From a virus (Duplodnaviria > Heunggongvirae > Uroviricota > Caudoviricetes), in the IMG/VR virus record IMGVR_UViG_2799112923_000001: a DNA stretch of 64,000 nucleotides. One strand, 5' to 3'. Positions within the stretch are counted from its first letter, which is position 1; the number at the start of each line of letters is the position of its first letter. The notes below the pieces were generated by a model. The model saw only the letters and a program-made list of their open reading frames with translations. It did not search any database and was not told the DNA's origin. Both the position numbers and the translations under genes were made by a program. Below are positions 39,336-49,285 of this stretch, one piece after another.

Positions 39336-40184
39336 ATGCAAATACAAAACATAAAAAGTCAATTTGATAATAAAATGGTGCCCTTGGAATTAACCGAGGG
39401 TGTTATGAACAATGTAATTAAATGTATTAAAGAACCTATTACTTGCCCAAATAAAGATAACATTCCACAATGGAAGTTTTGTACTGTAAAGGGTAATGTT
39501 CGTTGTAACGATAATATGGATAAAACCAACATTCTAATTCTTGACTATGATGACGCAGGTTATTCATACCAAGAATTTGAAGATAGATTTAGAGGTTACA
39601 AATACTTCTTACATACAAGTTATTCTTATAATGGAACAAATAGTAAGTTTCGTGTGTTATTATTCCTTGACCAGGAGTATGAAATAGATAGACTATTCTG
39701 TAAAACCAGTCAAGCCATTTATAGCCCATATACTTTATTGTTACAGTATTTTAATCATGTTGATAAAGCAAGTTTTGTAAAATCTCAATTCTTTAAAGTC
39801 CCAGCAGTCAAAGACAAAACTAGCCCATACTATTACAACATTCACGATGGCGAATTGTTCTCATTGAATAACATTGATACTTTCATGTTCGCTTATACAG
39901 AATGTAAGCAGTTTTTGGAAAACGAAAAACGAGATAGAGAAGTTAAATCGCAAGTATTCAAAACCCAATATACAGGTGATTTGACAAAGGCCTTGGAGTT
40001 CGTCAAACGCAAAATGGAAGAAGCTCAACCAGGTGAAAGACATAATGCTGTGTTTGGATTGGGTGCATTCTTCCAGCATTGCGGTGGCGATTATGACACA
40101 TTCTCACGAATTAGACCAACCTGGGCTGATAAGAAATTTGATAACCAAATGAAACGATTAGAAAAAGAATGGTTTAAACTATGA
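39336..40184 (+). CDS. hypothetical protein (possible primase-like; weak)
   Basis: ILILDYDD acidic motif; no firm family assignment. Confidence 0.45.
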   Translation: MQIQNIKSQFDNKMVPLELTEGVMNNVIKCIKEPITCPNKDNIPQWKFCTVKGNVRCNDNMDKTNILILDYDDAGYSYQEFEDRFRGYKYFLHTSYSYNGTNSKFRVLLFLDQEYEIDRLFCKTSQAIYSPYTLLLQYFNHVDKASFVKSQFFKVPAVKDKTSPYYYNIHDGELFSLNNIDTFMFAYTECKQFLENEKRDREVKSQVFKTQYTGDLTKALEFVKRKMEEAQPGERHNAVFGLGAFFQHCGGDYDTFSRIRPTWADKKFDNQMKRLEKEWFKL

Positions 40185-40531
40185 CAATAGAAGAACTTTT
40201 ATCACTAAAAGATTATGGTAGAAATATAGGTTATCTTGTAAATGATAGTTTTAATAATAAATTCTGTTTTACATTAAGATACCCTGAATGTAACAAATAC
40301 GATGTTGTGTTTGATTATACCTATCACGATAGAATTACTTATAGTGTTTCTACCCAAACTGCTGAAGATATAATCCATAATTTTAGTGATTATGATGGTA
40401 ATGTAGCAGAATACAATTATAAAGCTGTACCATTAGAAGTAGCCAAAAATCAAATAAAAGAAAAATGGATAGAATATAAGAACTATCTTAACGATATTGA
40501 AGTCAATAAAATTGGAGAAGATTTTCAATGA
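40181..40531 (+). CDS. hypothetical protein
   Basis: ends IGEDFQ. Confidence 0.5.
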   Translation: MTIEELLSLKDYGRNIGYLVNDSFNNKFCFTLRYPECNKYDVVFDYTYHDRITYSVSTQTAEDIIHNFSDYDGNVAEYNYKAVPLEVAKNQIKEKWIEYKNYLNDIEVNKIGEDFQ

Positions 40532-40713
40532 AAATTTGGGAAATAGTTTTATTTTGGGCAATTATAACTTTAATTGGTTGTTTAGTTATAGGAACACCAT
40601 TATTCTTGTTAATGTATTTTCTTGCCGGTATGCCATTAGCATTTTCATTATACTTCTCATTTGGAGCTTGTATGTTTGGTGGCATCATGTGTGCTTTAAC
40701 CAGTAAATTATAA
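40528..40713 (+). CDS. small 2-TM membrane protein
   Basis: 61 aa, two hydrophobic helices; ATGA overlap. Confidence 0.45.
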   Translation: MKIWEIVLFWAIITLIGCLVIGTPLFLLMYFLAGMPLAFSLYFSFGACMFGGIMCALTSKL

Positions 40714-40738
40714 AGTTCTCAGTGAACAAATTTATTAA

Positions 40739-40774
40739 AGACCCTATTGACTTATAGGGTCTTTTTGTATAGTT
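40739..40774 (+). promoter_or_regulatory. composite terminator-hairpin/promoter module
   Basis: agaccctat-tgactt-atagggtct hairpin with TTGACT in loop, TTTTT, TATAGT -10. Confidence 0.6.
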
Positions 40775-40823
40775 TAACTTAGTAATATATAAAATATACA
40801 CATTATTAACAAAAGGAGCATAA

Positions 40824-42629
40824 ATGAAGAAGTTATTTCTCATTTTAATGGTGGCAATTAGTGCCGCTTTTGGTGGTCCTGGATTGGCAGATGGTGCTGC
40901 GAAATTCGTGGGTAACATTACTACCCAAGGACAAGTTCGTAGTGATTTCACCAGTCTATGGAATCAAATTACAGCAGAAAACGAATGTAAATGGGCATCT
41001 ATTGAAGGAACCCAGGGTCGCTATAACTGGAGTGGTTGTGATGCGGCTTATAATTGGGCAAAGAACAATGGAGGTCATTTCAAGTTCCACGCACTCGTTT
41101 GGGGTTCTCAATATCCTAACTGGTTGAATGGTAAATCTGCCGAAGATACAAAGAAAGCAATTACTAATTGGATGGATGCTGTAAAGAATCATTATCCTGA
41201 TTTGGAAATGATTGACGTGGTAAACGAAGCAATTAAGTCAGGTGGCAAATACCACTCCAATTATGGCTCACAAGGCAATAACAACATTATTGCTGCGTTG
41301 GGTGGTGATAACGGAAACTATGAGTTCGTAGTTACCGCATTTAAGATGGCGAGAGAAAGATGGCCCGATGCTATCTTGATTTACAATGATTATAATACTG
41401 TTCAATGGCAAAAGAATGAAGGTATTGACCTTATTCAAAAGTTGAAAAAACAGGGTGCCCCAGTAGATGCTTATGGTCTCCAGGCCCACGATATGCAGAA
41501 AGCAGGTGGTGGTAATGGTGGTACAGGTGGTGGCGGTTCTTGTTTAGACATTAACCAACTAAAATCTACCATTGAAGAAATTTGGACTAAAACCCAAATG
41601 CCTATGTTCATTAGTGAATATGATATTGCTACCGAAGATGACAATGACCAGAAGAATTGTTACCAACAACAGATTTCTTACTTTATGGAAAATGAACATA
41701 TTGCTGGTATTACTCTTTGGGGTTATATCTATGGTGCTACTTGGACTACAAATGGTAACTCCGGTATCATTAAGAACGGACAAGATAGACCTGCTATGAC
41801 CTGGTTGAAATCTTATTTGAAATCCAATAAGGGTGTAAACTCTACTGGTTTGCCAACTGGTGATGGTGTAACGATTGTTGAACCAGAACCACAAAAACCA
41901 TTTAAGGGTGAAGCATTTAATATAGCATTACCTATTGAAGCAGAAGATTTTGATATTCCAGGTAAGGGAGCAGGCAATAATTCCTATTCAGTTAGTGGTG
42001 ATTGTAATGACACATGGAATACTGAATATCGTAAGGGAACAACTGTAAAGATTGGTGAAAAGAATGGTGGTCTAGTTTTGGGTTGTAATCCAACTGGGAA
42101 CTATTTCCAATACACCATTAAGGTTCCTGAAGCAGGTAATTACTATGTTTACGCAACAGTAGCAGCCGAAGGAGAAGGTGCTATCTTATTCAAGATTGGA
42201 GATAAAGCAATTACAGATACATTGAAATATACCGGTGATTCCTGGACTAAATTTGATAAAATTAAGGGTCAAGCAAAATTTGATGCTACTGGTGAACAAA
42301 TTTTAACATTAGAGATTGCTAAGGGTTATATTGACATAGATAAATTTGAATTTATGGTTACAGATTGTGCACCTGGTGATGCTCGTTGTGGCGGACCTTC
42401 CTATAATTGTGAAGCCTATCCTGATGACCCAATGTGTAGAACTGTGTTAATCAATGGCAACCCCGATATGCCAAAACTCCAGCACTTCACAGTATTTGAC
42501 GTACGAGGCGTTTTCTTGGGTGTGGTTAGTGGTTATACCCCTGACCTAGCCGCTGGCTTCCTTAGATTGCCTCCTGGTCAGTACTTGCTTAAAGATAGTC
42601 GCGGTTCAATATACAAAATTAAAAAATAA
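40824..42629 (+). CDS. secreted GH10 family xylanase with CBM6/35-like module and T9SS-type C-terminal sorting-domain-like tail
   Basis: signal peptide; GH10 blocks NECKWASIEG, HALVWGSQYPNW, IDVVNEA, ISEYDI; beta-sandwich CBM region (EAEDFDIPG...NYYVYATVAAEG...YIDIDKFEF); Cys-rich linker; C-term FTVFDVRGVFLG...LRLPPGQYLLK..SIYKIKK. Confidence 0.8.
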   Translation: MKKLFLILMVAISAAFGGPGLADGAAKFVGNITTQGQVRSDFTSLWNQITAENECKWASIEGTQGRYNWSGCDAAYNWAKNNGGHFKFHALVWGSQYPNWLNGKSAEDTKKAITNWMDAVKNHYPDLEMIDVVNEAIKSGGKYHSNYGSQGNNNIIAALGGDNGNYEFVVTAFKMARERWPDAILIYNDYNTVQWQKNEGIDLIQKLKKQGAPVDAYGLQAHDMQKAGGGNGGTGGGGSCLDINQLKSTIEEIWTKTQMPMFISEYDIATEDDNDQKNCYQQQISYFMENEHIAGITLWGYIYGATWTTNGNSGIIKNGQDRPAMTWLKSYLKSNKGVNSTGLPTGDGVTIVEPEPQKPFKGEAFNIALPIEAEDFDIPGKGAGNNSYSVSGDCNDTWNTEYRKGTTVKIGEKNGGLVLGCNPTGNYFQYTIKVPEAGNYYVYATVAAEGEGAILFKIGDKAITDTLKYTGDSWTKFDKIKGQAKFDATGEQILTLEIAKGYIDIDKFEFMVTDCAPGDARCGGPSYNCEAYPDDPMCRTVLINGNPDMPKLQHFTVFDVRGVFLGVVSGYTPDLAAGFLRLPPGQYLLKDSRGSIYKIKK

Positions 42630-42714
42630 GAATATATTGAATTGTAAATAAACTTTTACTATATTGAGTGGTGAATAGTTGCTATTCACCATTTTTTTAT
42701 TATGAAGGAATGAA

Positions 42715-43302
42715 ATGTTAGACTTAACTAATGAAAATGTTTATTTCGTGAGTGATACGCATTTTAACCATCACAAACTGTGTTCGGAATATCCTGATAG
42801 ATTTGATAGATTTAGAACTTACAAATATGTAAACGAAATGAACGAAGATATGGTAGATAAATGGAATAAGACAGTTACGAAAGACGATGTTGTAATTTTC
42901 TTGGGTGATTTCTGTTATGGCAGACCATTTCATAAACTACCACAAATGGCAAAAGAATTTTATCAAAGATTGAATTTCAAAGGCATGATTTGGGTTGAAG
43001 GAAACCACGATGATGTTATACGAAAAGAATTTAGTAATCTTTTACCAAATTTGAAGTTCAAATACAAAGACAACATTTATCTTTGCCAGCACGAACCATA
43101 TTACGATAATCCACCATTCCTATTAGCCAATAGAGATGCTAATGTTTTGGTTCACGGTCATACCCATTCTACTAGACCAACCTCTAAAGTAGATAATCTA
43201 ATTCAAAACAATGTATGCTGGGAAGCATGGTACAGACCTGTTCATATTGACGAACTTGTTATAAATAATATGAATAATGTAACCAATGGAGTTTTGAAAT
43301 GA
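42715..43302 (+). CDS. calcineurin-like metallophosphoesterase (paralog of 12733)
   Basis: DTHFNHH, GDF, GNHDD, HGHTHS; shared NNVCWEAWYRPVHIDEL tail. Confidence 0.7.
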   Translation: MLDLTNENVYFVSDTHFNHHKLCSEYPDRFDRFRTYKYVNEMNEDMVDKWNKTVTKDDVVIFLGDFCYGRPFHKLPQMAKEFYQRLNFKGMIWVEGNHDDVIRKEFSNLLPNLKFKYKDNIYLCQHEPYYDNPPFLLANRDANVLVHGHTHSTRPTSKVDNLIQNNVCWEAWYRPVHIDELVINNMNNVTNGVLK

Positions 43303-45203
43303 ATCTATTTGAAGGTGGAAATGCCAAAGCCAAAAATGGTGCTGAAGCAACAAAAGTGGATATTAAGAGTTTGAATGACAAACTCTATGAATCTTTTAAG
43401 CAAGATATTGTTAAACTCGTTCTAAGTGTTAATGATAAGTTCACTAAAACTTATCACGAACCATTATTCCCATCCACAGATATAGTTACAAATTTTAAAG
43501 TATTTTCAGGCTCTGGAAATACATTCTTTAAAAAATCAAAGAAAGAATACACAGCTATTAAATCATATCTCGGCGATATTGATGTTCAAATTAACAAAGA
43601 CAAGAAAGAAAAGGTAAAAGAATTCCTAACCAATAATGAAGGAACTGACTTTGCCGGTTTTACTTTGTTGGGAACTCAATATGGTATGGATTTCTTTAAC
43701 ATTTTCAAAGCACCTGAAAAGTATAATCCTGCCGCCACAAACATTCAAATAGATTTTGAATTTGTTCAGTATAACGAGAATGGTGAGATTGACGAACTTG
43801 ATGTTTACATTAGAAATTCCGATTGGGATGATTTGAAAGAAGGTATTAAGGGATTTGCTAAACAAAGACTAATCCCATCCATTTACAAAGCAGTTTATGC
43901 TGTTCCTGGTGTAGTATTCCAAAACAAGAAAGATTTGCCATCAAAAGCATATAAGAAAGATGAAGTATCTTATAAGACATTCGGTCCTAAAGGTTCAAGA
44001 GTAAAATACAACCAGGTCAAAGACGAGAATGGAAATCCAGTTAGTTATGAAGGCAAACCAGCATTTAGAGAAATTCCTACTGAACAGTCTAAATTCAATA
44101 GAAATTTAGACGATGCTTTCAAAGAAATGTTTGGTAAGAAACCAACTGCTGATGAAAAACAGAAGATGTATTCATTCATTGGTGTTCTTTCTCTAATGAA
44201 GAAATATCTTAATGAAAAGCAAATACAGAGAACTTACAATTTCTTCCACGAAGATATTACAGATATTACTGACGATGAAACTGTTCTCAATGCTATCTTT
44301 AACAAATTCAAAGAAGTATTCCCATTCATTTATGATAAGAACGAATCTTTATCATTCAGCAACTATACAAAGATGATGTTGATGGGTGAATCTTTGGAGA
44401 AGAAAGAAAAGAATAAATTTGTTCTAAAAGATACAGTCAATGTTTTCAACAAAGACGATTGGAAGATTGGTAATTTGATTGGGGAAGCCAATGAAGTTGC
44501 CGGTAGTGTTGAAAATATGATGTATATTGCCAAAACCATTGTGGATAACATTGATGAAGGAAACGATGGTAAACCCGCCAAAGTTTGGATGTGTGGTGGT
44601 GCTGTAAGAGACGAAATTCTCGGCAAACAAAGTAATGACATTGACTTAATGACTAATTGTGATGTTCACAAGGTCGCAGAGTTATTTGATAGATGTGAAG
44701 TTGCTAGAACCAGTAATGCTAGACTAGCAAGAGTTTACATTGACAATGATTTGTTTGAATTGGGTTGCCTAGAAGAAGGTGATACTATTGAGCATAATCT
44801 TGATAGTAGAGATTTGACTTGTAATTCTATTTTGAAAGATTTGATTACAGGACAATACTATGACCCAACAGGTGGTATTAAAGATATTAAAGCAAAAAGA
44901 ATTCGTTTCACAACTGCTGCGAAAGAAAAGATTACTGCAGGTAAAGACCCAGCAGAATTATTGAGAGCTTTCCGTTTCATGGCTCAGTTGGGATGGAATT
45001 TTGCTCCTGATACAGAAGAAGCAATTAAATCATATTCACAAAAAACTGGTGGTAAAATCAAGATTCAATTAAAAGCAGCATTAGGACCTGCTAACTGGAA
45101 GAAACTAATTAACGGAAAATATAAACAAAAAGCACTTGCCGAACTAGAAAAATATGGTTTTATAGATTGGGCAAAGACTTCATTCCCAGATGATTTTCAA
45201 TAA
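43299..45203 (+). CDS. large protein with C-terminal CCA-adding/tRNA nucleotidyltransferase (Pol beta-like) head-neck domain
   Basis: GGAVRDEILGKQSNDIDLMT, SRDLTCNSIL, DPTGGIKDIKAKRIRF, DPAELLRAFRF motifs in residues ~425-600; N-terminal ~400 aa without recognisable motifs. Confidence 0.6.
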   Translation: MNLFEGGNAKAKNGAEATKVDIKSLNDKLYESFKQDIVKLVLSVNDKFTKTYHEPLFPSTDIVTNFKVFSGSGNTFFKKSKKEYTAIKSYLGDIDVQINKDKKEKVKEFLTNNEGTDFAGFTLLGTQYGMDFFNIFKAPEKYNPAATNIQIDFEFVQYNENGEIDELDVYIRNSDWDDLKEGIKGFAKQRLIPSIYKAVYAVPGVVFQNKKDLPSKAYKKDEVSYKTFGPKGSRVKYNQVKDENGNPVSYEGKPAFREIPTEQSKFNRNLDDAFKEMFGKKPTADEKQKMYSFIGVLSLMKKYLNEKQIQRTYNFFHEDITDITDDETVLNAIFNKFKEVFPFIYDKNESLSFSNYTKMMLMGESLEKKEKNKFVLKDTVNVFNKDDWKIGNLIGEANEVAGSVENMMYIAKTIVDNIDEGNDGKPAKVWMCGGAVRDEILGKQSNDIDLMTNCDVHKVAELFDRCEVARTSNARLARVYIDNDLFELGCLEEGDTIEHNLDSRDLTCNSILKDLITGQYYDPTGGIKDIKAKRIRFTTAAKEKITAGKDPAELLRAFRFMAQLGWNFAPDTEEAIKSYSQKTGGKIKIQLKAALGPANWKKLINGKYKQKALAELEKYGFIDWAKTSFPDDFQ

Positions 45204-45212
45204 GGAAAATAT

Positions 45213-47030
45213 ATGCCAACAAAATTAATGACAATTAAATCAAAAAGAAAAGATAATTTTGGTGAACCAGTAGAAGTTAGTGCTTATTACTGGACTCCAA
45301 AAAGCAAACTATTGGGTGTATTATTCGGTCATTTCGCACCATTCACTGGTAAATATGGACATGCCAGATTGATTGACGAAGCAAAAAAATATGGTATTGA
45401 AGATTTCGTTGTTGTAATGCCAGCAAATCTTTCACCATTGGATGACAACAGAAATTTGTTTACTGACGAACAAAAGATTAAAATTGTTAAAGAAGGTTGT
45501 AAAGAATTAGGAATTAACCTTCTTGATTGTTGGGTAGAAAATTTTAGAAACCCAAACGCAGTAATGGGAATGGTTCAAAGAAAATACCAGGATTACAGAA
45601 TTGTGGTATGCTGTGGACCAGATAGAGCCAAACTCTATACAAAACTAGCTGTGCCATACGCAAAAGATAATACTCCATTTTTAGACCCCGAAGACCCTAA
45701 TTTTAGAAAACAAGAAATGATTGTTTGTGAAGATAGAGGTGCTAGAGAAACTTCTGGCACTAGAATTAGAGAGATTCTAAAAAATGGAACTGTAAAAGAA
45801 TTTATGGAAGAAACAGGGTATTCTTCTAAAATGTGGGTAATGATGCGAAACTTCATTAAAAAGAATGGTGTTGTTGAAATAAAAGAATCATTCTTTGAAA
45901 AATACAACAAAGAAAAGTATTTGAATGAAGGAATTGTAGATACCCCTAAGGTTCATATCAAACATTTATATAATCCAGGAAATTCTATGCAGTTGAAAGC
46001 AAATGAATTTTTGGATATTATAGATTGGTTGAAGCAACAGAATGGAAAATTAGACGATAACATAAATGTTTCCTATTCCGAAAAGTGCGATGGTTTACCA
46101 TGTAGATTTGGATTGGATGGTGCTGGTAGATTCTTCCTTGAACAGGGTAAATCTGGTCCAATTTTTGATGCCGAAGAATTTACTAACAGAGATATTGAAC
46201 GAGTTGGTTATAAGACTAGAATTAACACAGCATGGAAAAAGGTCTTTATCAAACTCAAAAACAATAAGAAGTTCCAAAACATTCTTAAAAAATATAATAC
46301 AGAAACAGGCCTAAAAGTAATTGGTGAAGTTTTTATTAACTCAGTTGCTTTTAAAGGAAGAAAAGACGATTTGATTCGTTACATTGGAACTGAGTATTAT
46401 AAATCCAAAATGGGTACATTCTGTTCATTTATTCTCATAAATGCTATTGATGGTGAGAATAATGACCTTGAAGAATTTGAAGATATTAAGAACGACTTGC
46501 TAAAAATTTCTAGTCCTGAAGTTATGTTTGACGATACGAATTATAGAAATAAATTCGGTGCCATTGACTTCAATGAAGAAATCAAAGAATTAGACGAAGT
46601 AATTAAAGGACTTGAAAAAGAATTTGGTTCTGATGTAAAGAGTATTTTGGCTAATCCTTCTCGTAAAAAAGACGATTTATCAAAGAAAAAGAAGATAAAA
46701 GAACTCATTGAAGAATACCAAGGAAAATTTGATAGAAAGATTCAAAATCTATTTAATCAAACAGATGGTAAATGGGGTCCTGAAAGAGAAGGTATTGTTT
46801 TGAAATTAGCAAACAATATAATGCTAAAAATTACATCCGATACATTCAAGAAGTTCCAAGCCAACAATAAGAAAGAAAATGACGAATACGGATTCCAAAA
46901 ACACAGAGAATGGATTTTTGGACCTGCTGACGAAGATGACGAGAAAAATGAAAGTCTTTCTAGTCTAGTTAATACATTATCAAAAACAGTTGGTGAATTT
47001 ATTAACGAAAGTAAAAAGAGTAATAAATAA
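45213..47030 (+). CDS. HxGH nucleotidyltransferase-domain protein (NMN adenylyltransferase/cytidylyltransferase-like) with long C-terminal extension
   Basis: GHFAPFTGKYGH (G-x-F-x-P-x-T-x-x-H-x-GH class motif) near N-terminus. Confidence 0.45.
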   Translation: MPTKLMTIKSKRKDNFGEPVEVSAYYWTPKSKLLGVLFGHFAPFTGKYGHARLIDEAKKYGIEDFVVVMPANLSPLDDNRNLFTDEQKIKIVKEGCKELGINLLDCWVENFRNPNAVMGMVQRKYQDYRIVVCCGPDRAKLYTKLAVPYAKDNTPFLDPEDPNFRKQEMIVCEDRGARETSGTRIREILKNGTVKEFMEETGYSSKMWVMMRNFIKKNGVVEIKESFFEKYNKEKYLNEGIVDTPKVHIKHLYNPGNSMQLKANEFLDIIDWLKQQNGKLDDNINVSYSEKCDGLPCRFGLDGAGRFFLEQGKSGPIFDAEEFTNRDIERVGYKTRINTAWKKVFIKLKNNKKFQNILKKYNTETGLKVIGEVFINSVAFKGRKDDLIRYIGTEYYKSKMGTFCSFILINAIDGENNDLEEFEDIKNDLLKISSPEVMFDDTNYRNKFGAIDFNEEIKELDEVIKGLEKEFGSDVKSILANPSRKKDDLSKKKKIKELIEEYQGKFDRKIQNLFNQTDGKWGPEREGIVLKLANNIMLKITSDTFKKFQANNKKENDEYGFQKHREWIFGPADEDDEKNESLSSLVNTLSKTVGEFINESKKSNK

Positions 47031-47033
47031 TAT

Positions 47034-48386
47034 ATGATTGGAAAATTTACATCCTGGATAGATGAAAACAACATTTTAGACGAAGCTAGAATGGGTGGTA
47101 TTGACACCTTTGGACAAGGCGGTCATAATGGTGGGTTCGGTTATTACAAACAAGTTATTGAAACATTGTTGAATGACGAACCAGTTTATTTGGTAGATGT
47201 AGATGATTCACTAAAACCAACCAATGATAAATCTGATATCTATCTAACTAAAAAAGATTTCAAGAACTTACCAGTTTTAAAATCATTCCTAGATTATGCT
47301 CCAGCAGATGCCCGCTCCAATTATGAATTATTCAATAAATGTTGGAGAGGCACTGTAAATGATGGTGCCGATGAAACTCCTTTATACACTACTCCAATTT
47401 GGAGATACATTTATAAAGGACAATTCACCGGTGGTAGAGGCAATAACCAGGGAAATGCTTTTGAAAAAACATTTGCTGACGAGTTCCAAAAGTTTATGAG
47501 CGGTGGAAAAGTAGATGAAATGTTTGTTGAAGCATTCAATAAGATTTTGAGATATGCTGGTAAAACTAAAAAATCTAAATACGAAGTCATATTAGAAGGT
47601 AAAAAGAATAAGAAGCGCTCTATTGAAATTAATGGTAATGATGTAGTCTTCAGTAAGAGAAACGAATTAACATTAAATGGTAAGGGTGAAGATAAACTAG
47701 ACATTGGTTCTACAGTTACAGATGTTACTATTGATTGGGGTAAAACTCAAACATATATTAGTTTGAAGCACGGTGATACTATTGAACAAGTAAACATTGG
47801 TATTTCTTGGGCAAGAGATGACATTGATGCTTTATTCAAGAAAGCAAAAGAAGAAATGAAAGCACCTGTTAAATGGAAGTTAAATCCAACTTCAAAGACT
47901 GCTCGTTTCTGTAAGTTCTTGGGTATTGATGAAGATAAATTAATGTGGTCTATGTGGTATAAAGATGCTGAATTATCATCTTCTGTTATCGCACCTAGAA
48001 TGCACAAGATTAACCCTGATACAAAGGACAATGCTCCACTCAAACAGTCATTCGTAATTAAGAAAGGTTCCCCATTCTATAAATTCATTGTAGACTGTAT
48101 TGGTTATGGTTATGTTTATGTTCACTATGAAGATAATAAAATTAACTGTATCAATTTGACTAAACCCGAATCAGTAGATAATATATTCAATGACGATATT
48201 AAGGCACAAATTCTTTATAGTAATGGTGCTTCAAAGACCTATGTAAAGATAATTATAGCCGATACAAACGATTTCTTTAATGGTATATTTGAAATTAGAC
48301 CTAATAATGGAAAACTTTCATTCAATGTATGTAATTTGAAGTTCAATTATAATCATGAGAATTTGCCTGATGTTGTTACTAAATAA
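47034..48386 (+). CDS. hypothetical protein
   Basis: 450-aa ORF. Confidence 0.5.
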   Translation: MIGKFTSWIDENNILDEARMGGIDTFGQGGHNGGFGYYKQVIETLLNDEPVYLVDVDDSLKPTNDKSDIYLTKKDFKNLPVLKSFLDYAPADARSNYELFNKCWRGTVNDGADETPLYTTPIWRYIYKGQFTGGRGNNQGNAFEKTFADEFQKFMSGGKVDEMFVEAFNKILRYAGKTKKSKYEVILEGKKNKKRSIEINGNDVVFSKRNELTLNGKGEDKLDIGSTVTDVTIDWGKTQTYISLKHGDTIEQVNIGISWARDDIDALFKKAKEEMKAPVKWKLNPTSKTARFCKFLGIDEDKLMWSMWYKDAELSSSVIAPRMHKINPDTKDNAPLKQSFVIKKGSPFYKFIVDCIGYGYVYVHYEDNKINCINLTKPESVDNIFNDDIKAQILYSNGASKTYVKIIIADTNDFFNGIFEIRPNNGKLSFNVCNLKFNYNHENLPDVVTK

Positions 48387-48389
48387 TGT

Positions 48390-49256
48390 ATGGCAGAATT
48401 AGATAAATTTTATACAAACAAAAATATAGCGAAAAAGTGTGTAGAGTACCTACATACTTTATTTCGTATTGAAAATACAGAAGTTTTCCTAGAACCTACG
48501 GCAGGTGATGGTGCGTTCCTTGATTATCTTGATAACTATGAAGCATACGATTTAAAACCTGAAGACCCTAGAGTAAAAGAACAAGATATATTTAAGTTCG
48601 TTCCTAATAGAAACAATTACATTACGATTGGTAATCCACCATTCGGTAAGAGAAGCAAACTTGCGATTGATGTATTCAATACAGTTTCAAAATACTCTAA
48701 TATAGTTGCTTTCATTGTTCCAGTTTCTTTTATGAAATATAATGTTCAAAAAGAATTGGATAAAGATTTCAAACTTGTATTTGATTGGGTATTACCCGAA
48801 AATTCTTTCCTAGACCGAAATACAGTTTATGATGTGAACTGTGTGTTCCAGGTTTGGGTGAAGAAAGAAAGTAGTTATGACATATACCCAGACAAACGAT
48901 TGACAGAAAGACCAAAGATTAAATGTGATGATTTTAAGATTTGGCAGTATAACGCAACCGAATCTCAATTCAAGGTAGTAAATGAAGATTGGGAAATTGC
49001 GGTATATCGTCAAGGATATAAGAATTATAAGAAGAAATTCACACAGGCAGATAAACAACAAATTATTGCCGAAATGGATGGCAGTTCTACAGGAAAAAAA
49101 ATTCAATTCTTTTTCATAAAACCTCTCAATGATAATGCAAAGTCCATTATAAATAAAATGGATTTTGAGAAGTTAGCAAACCGAAATACCAGCACCCCTG
49201 GTTTTGGAAAAGCTGATTTCGTAGATTATTATAACGAATTGAAACAGGAGACATAA
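48390..49256 (+). CDS. gamma-class N6-adenine DNA methyltransferase
   Basis: motif I LEPTAGDGAF followed by motif IV NPPFG. Confidence 0.65.
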   Translation: MAELDKFYTNKNIAKKCVEYLHTLFRIENTEVFLEPTAGDGAFLDYLDNYEAYDLKPEDPRVKEQDIFKFVPNRNNYITIGNPPFGKRSKLAIDVFNTVSKYSNIVAFIVPVSFMKYNVQKELDKDFKLVFDWVLPENSFLDRNTVYDVNCVFQVWVKKESSYDIYPDKRLTERPKIKCDDFKIWQYNATESQFKVVNEDWEIAVYRQGYKNYKKKFTQADKQQIIAEMDGSSTGKKIQFFFIKPLNDNAKSIINKMDFEKLANRNTSTPGFGKADFVDYYNELKQET

Positions 49257-49285
49257 AATCTCCTGTAAATTATTGAGGTGATTTT

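Noticed and set aside
40528-42629. Interpreting 2-TM protein + GH10 as a holin-endolysin lysis cassette
   Set aside because: GH10 xylanases do not cleave peptidoglycan and the enzyme has its own Sec signal, CBM and sorting tail; a lysis role is unsupported.
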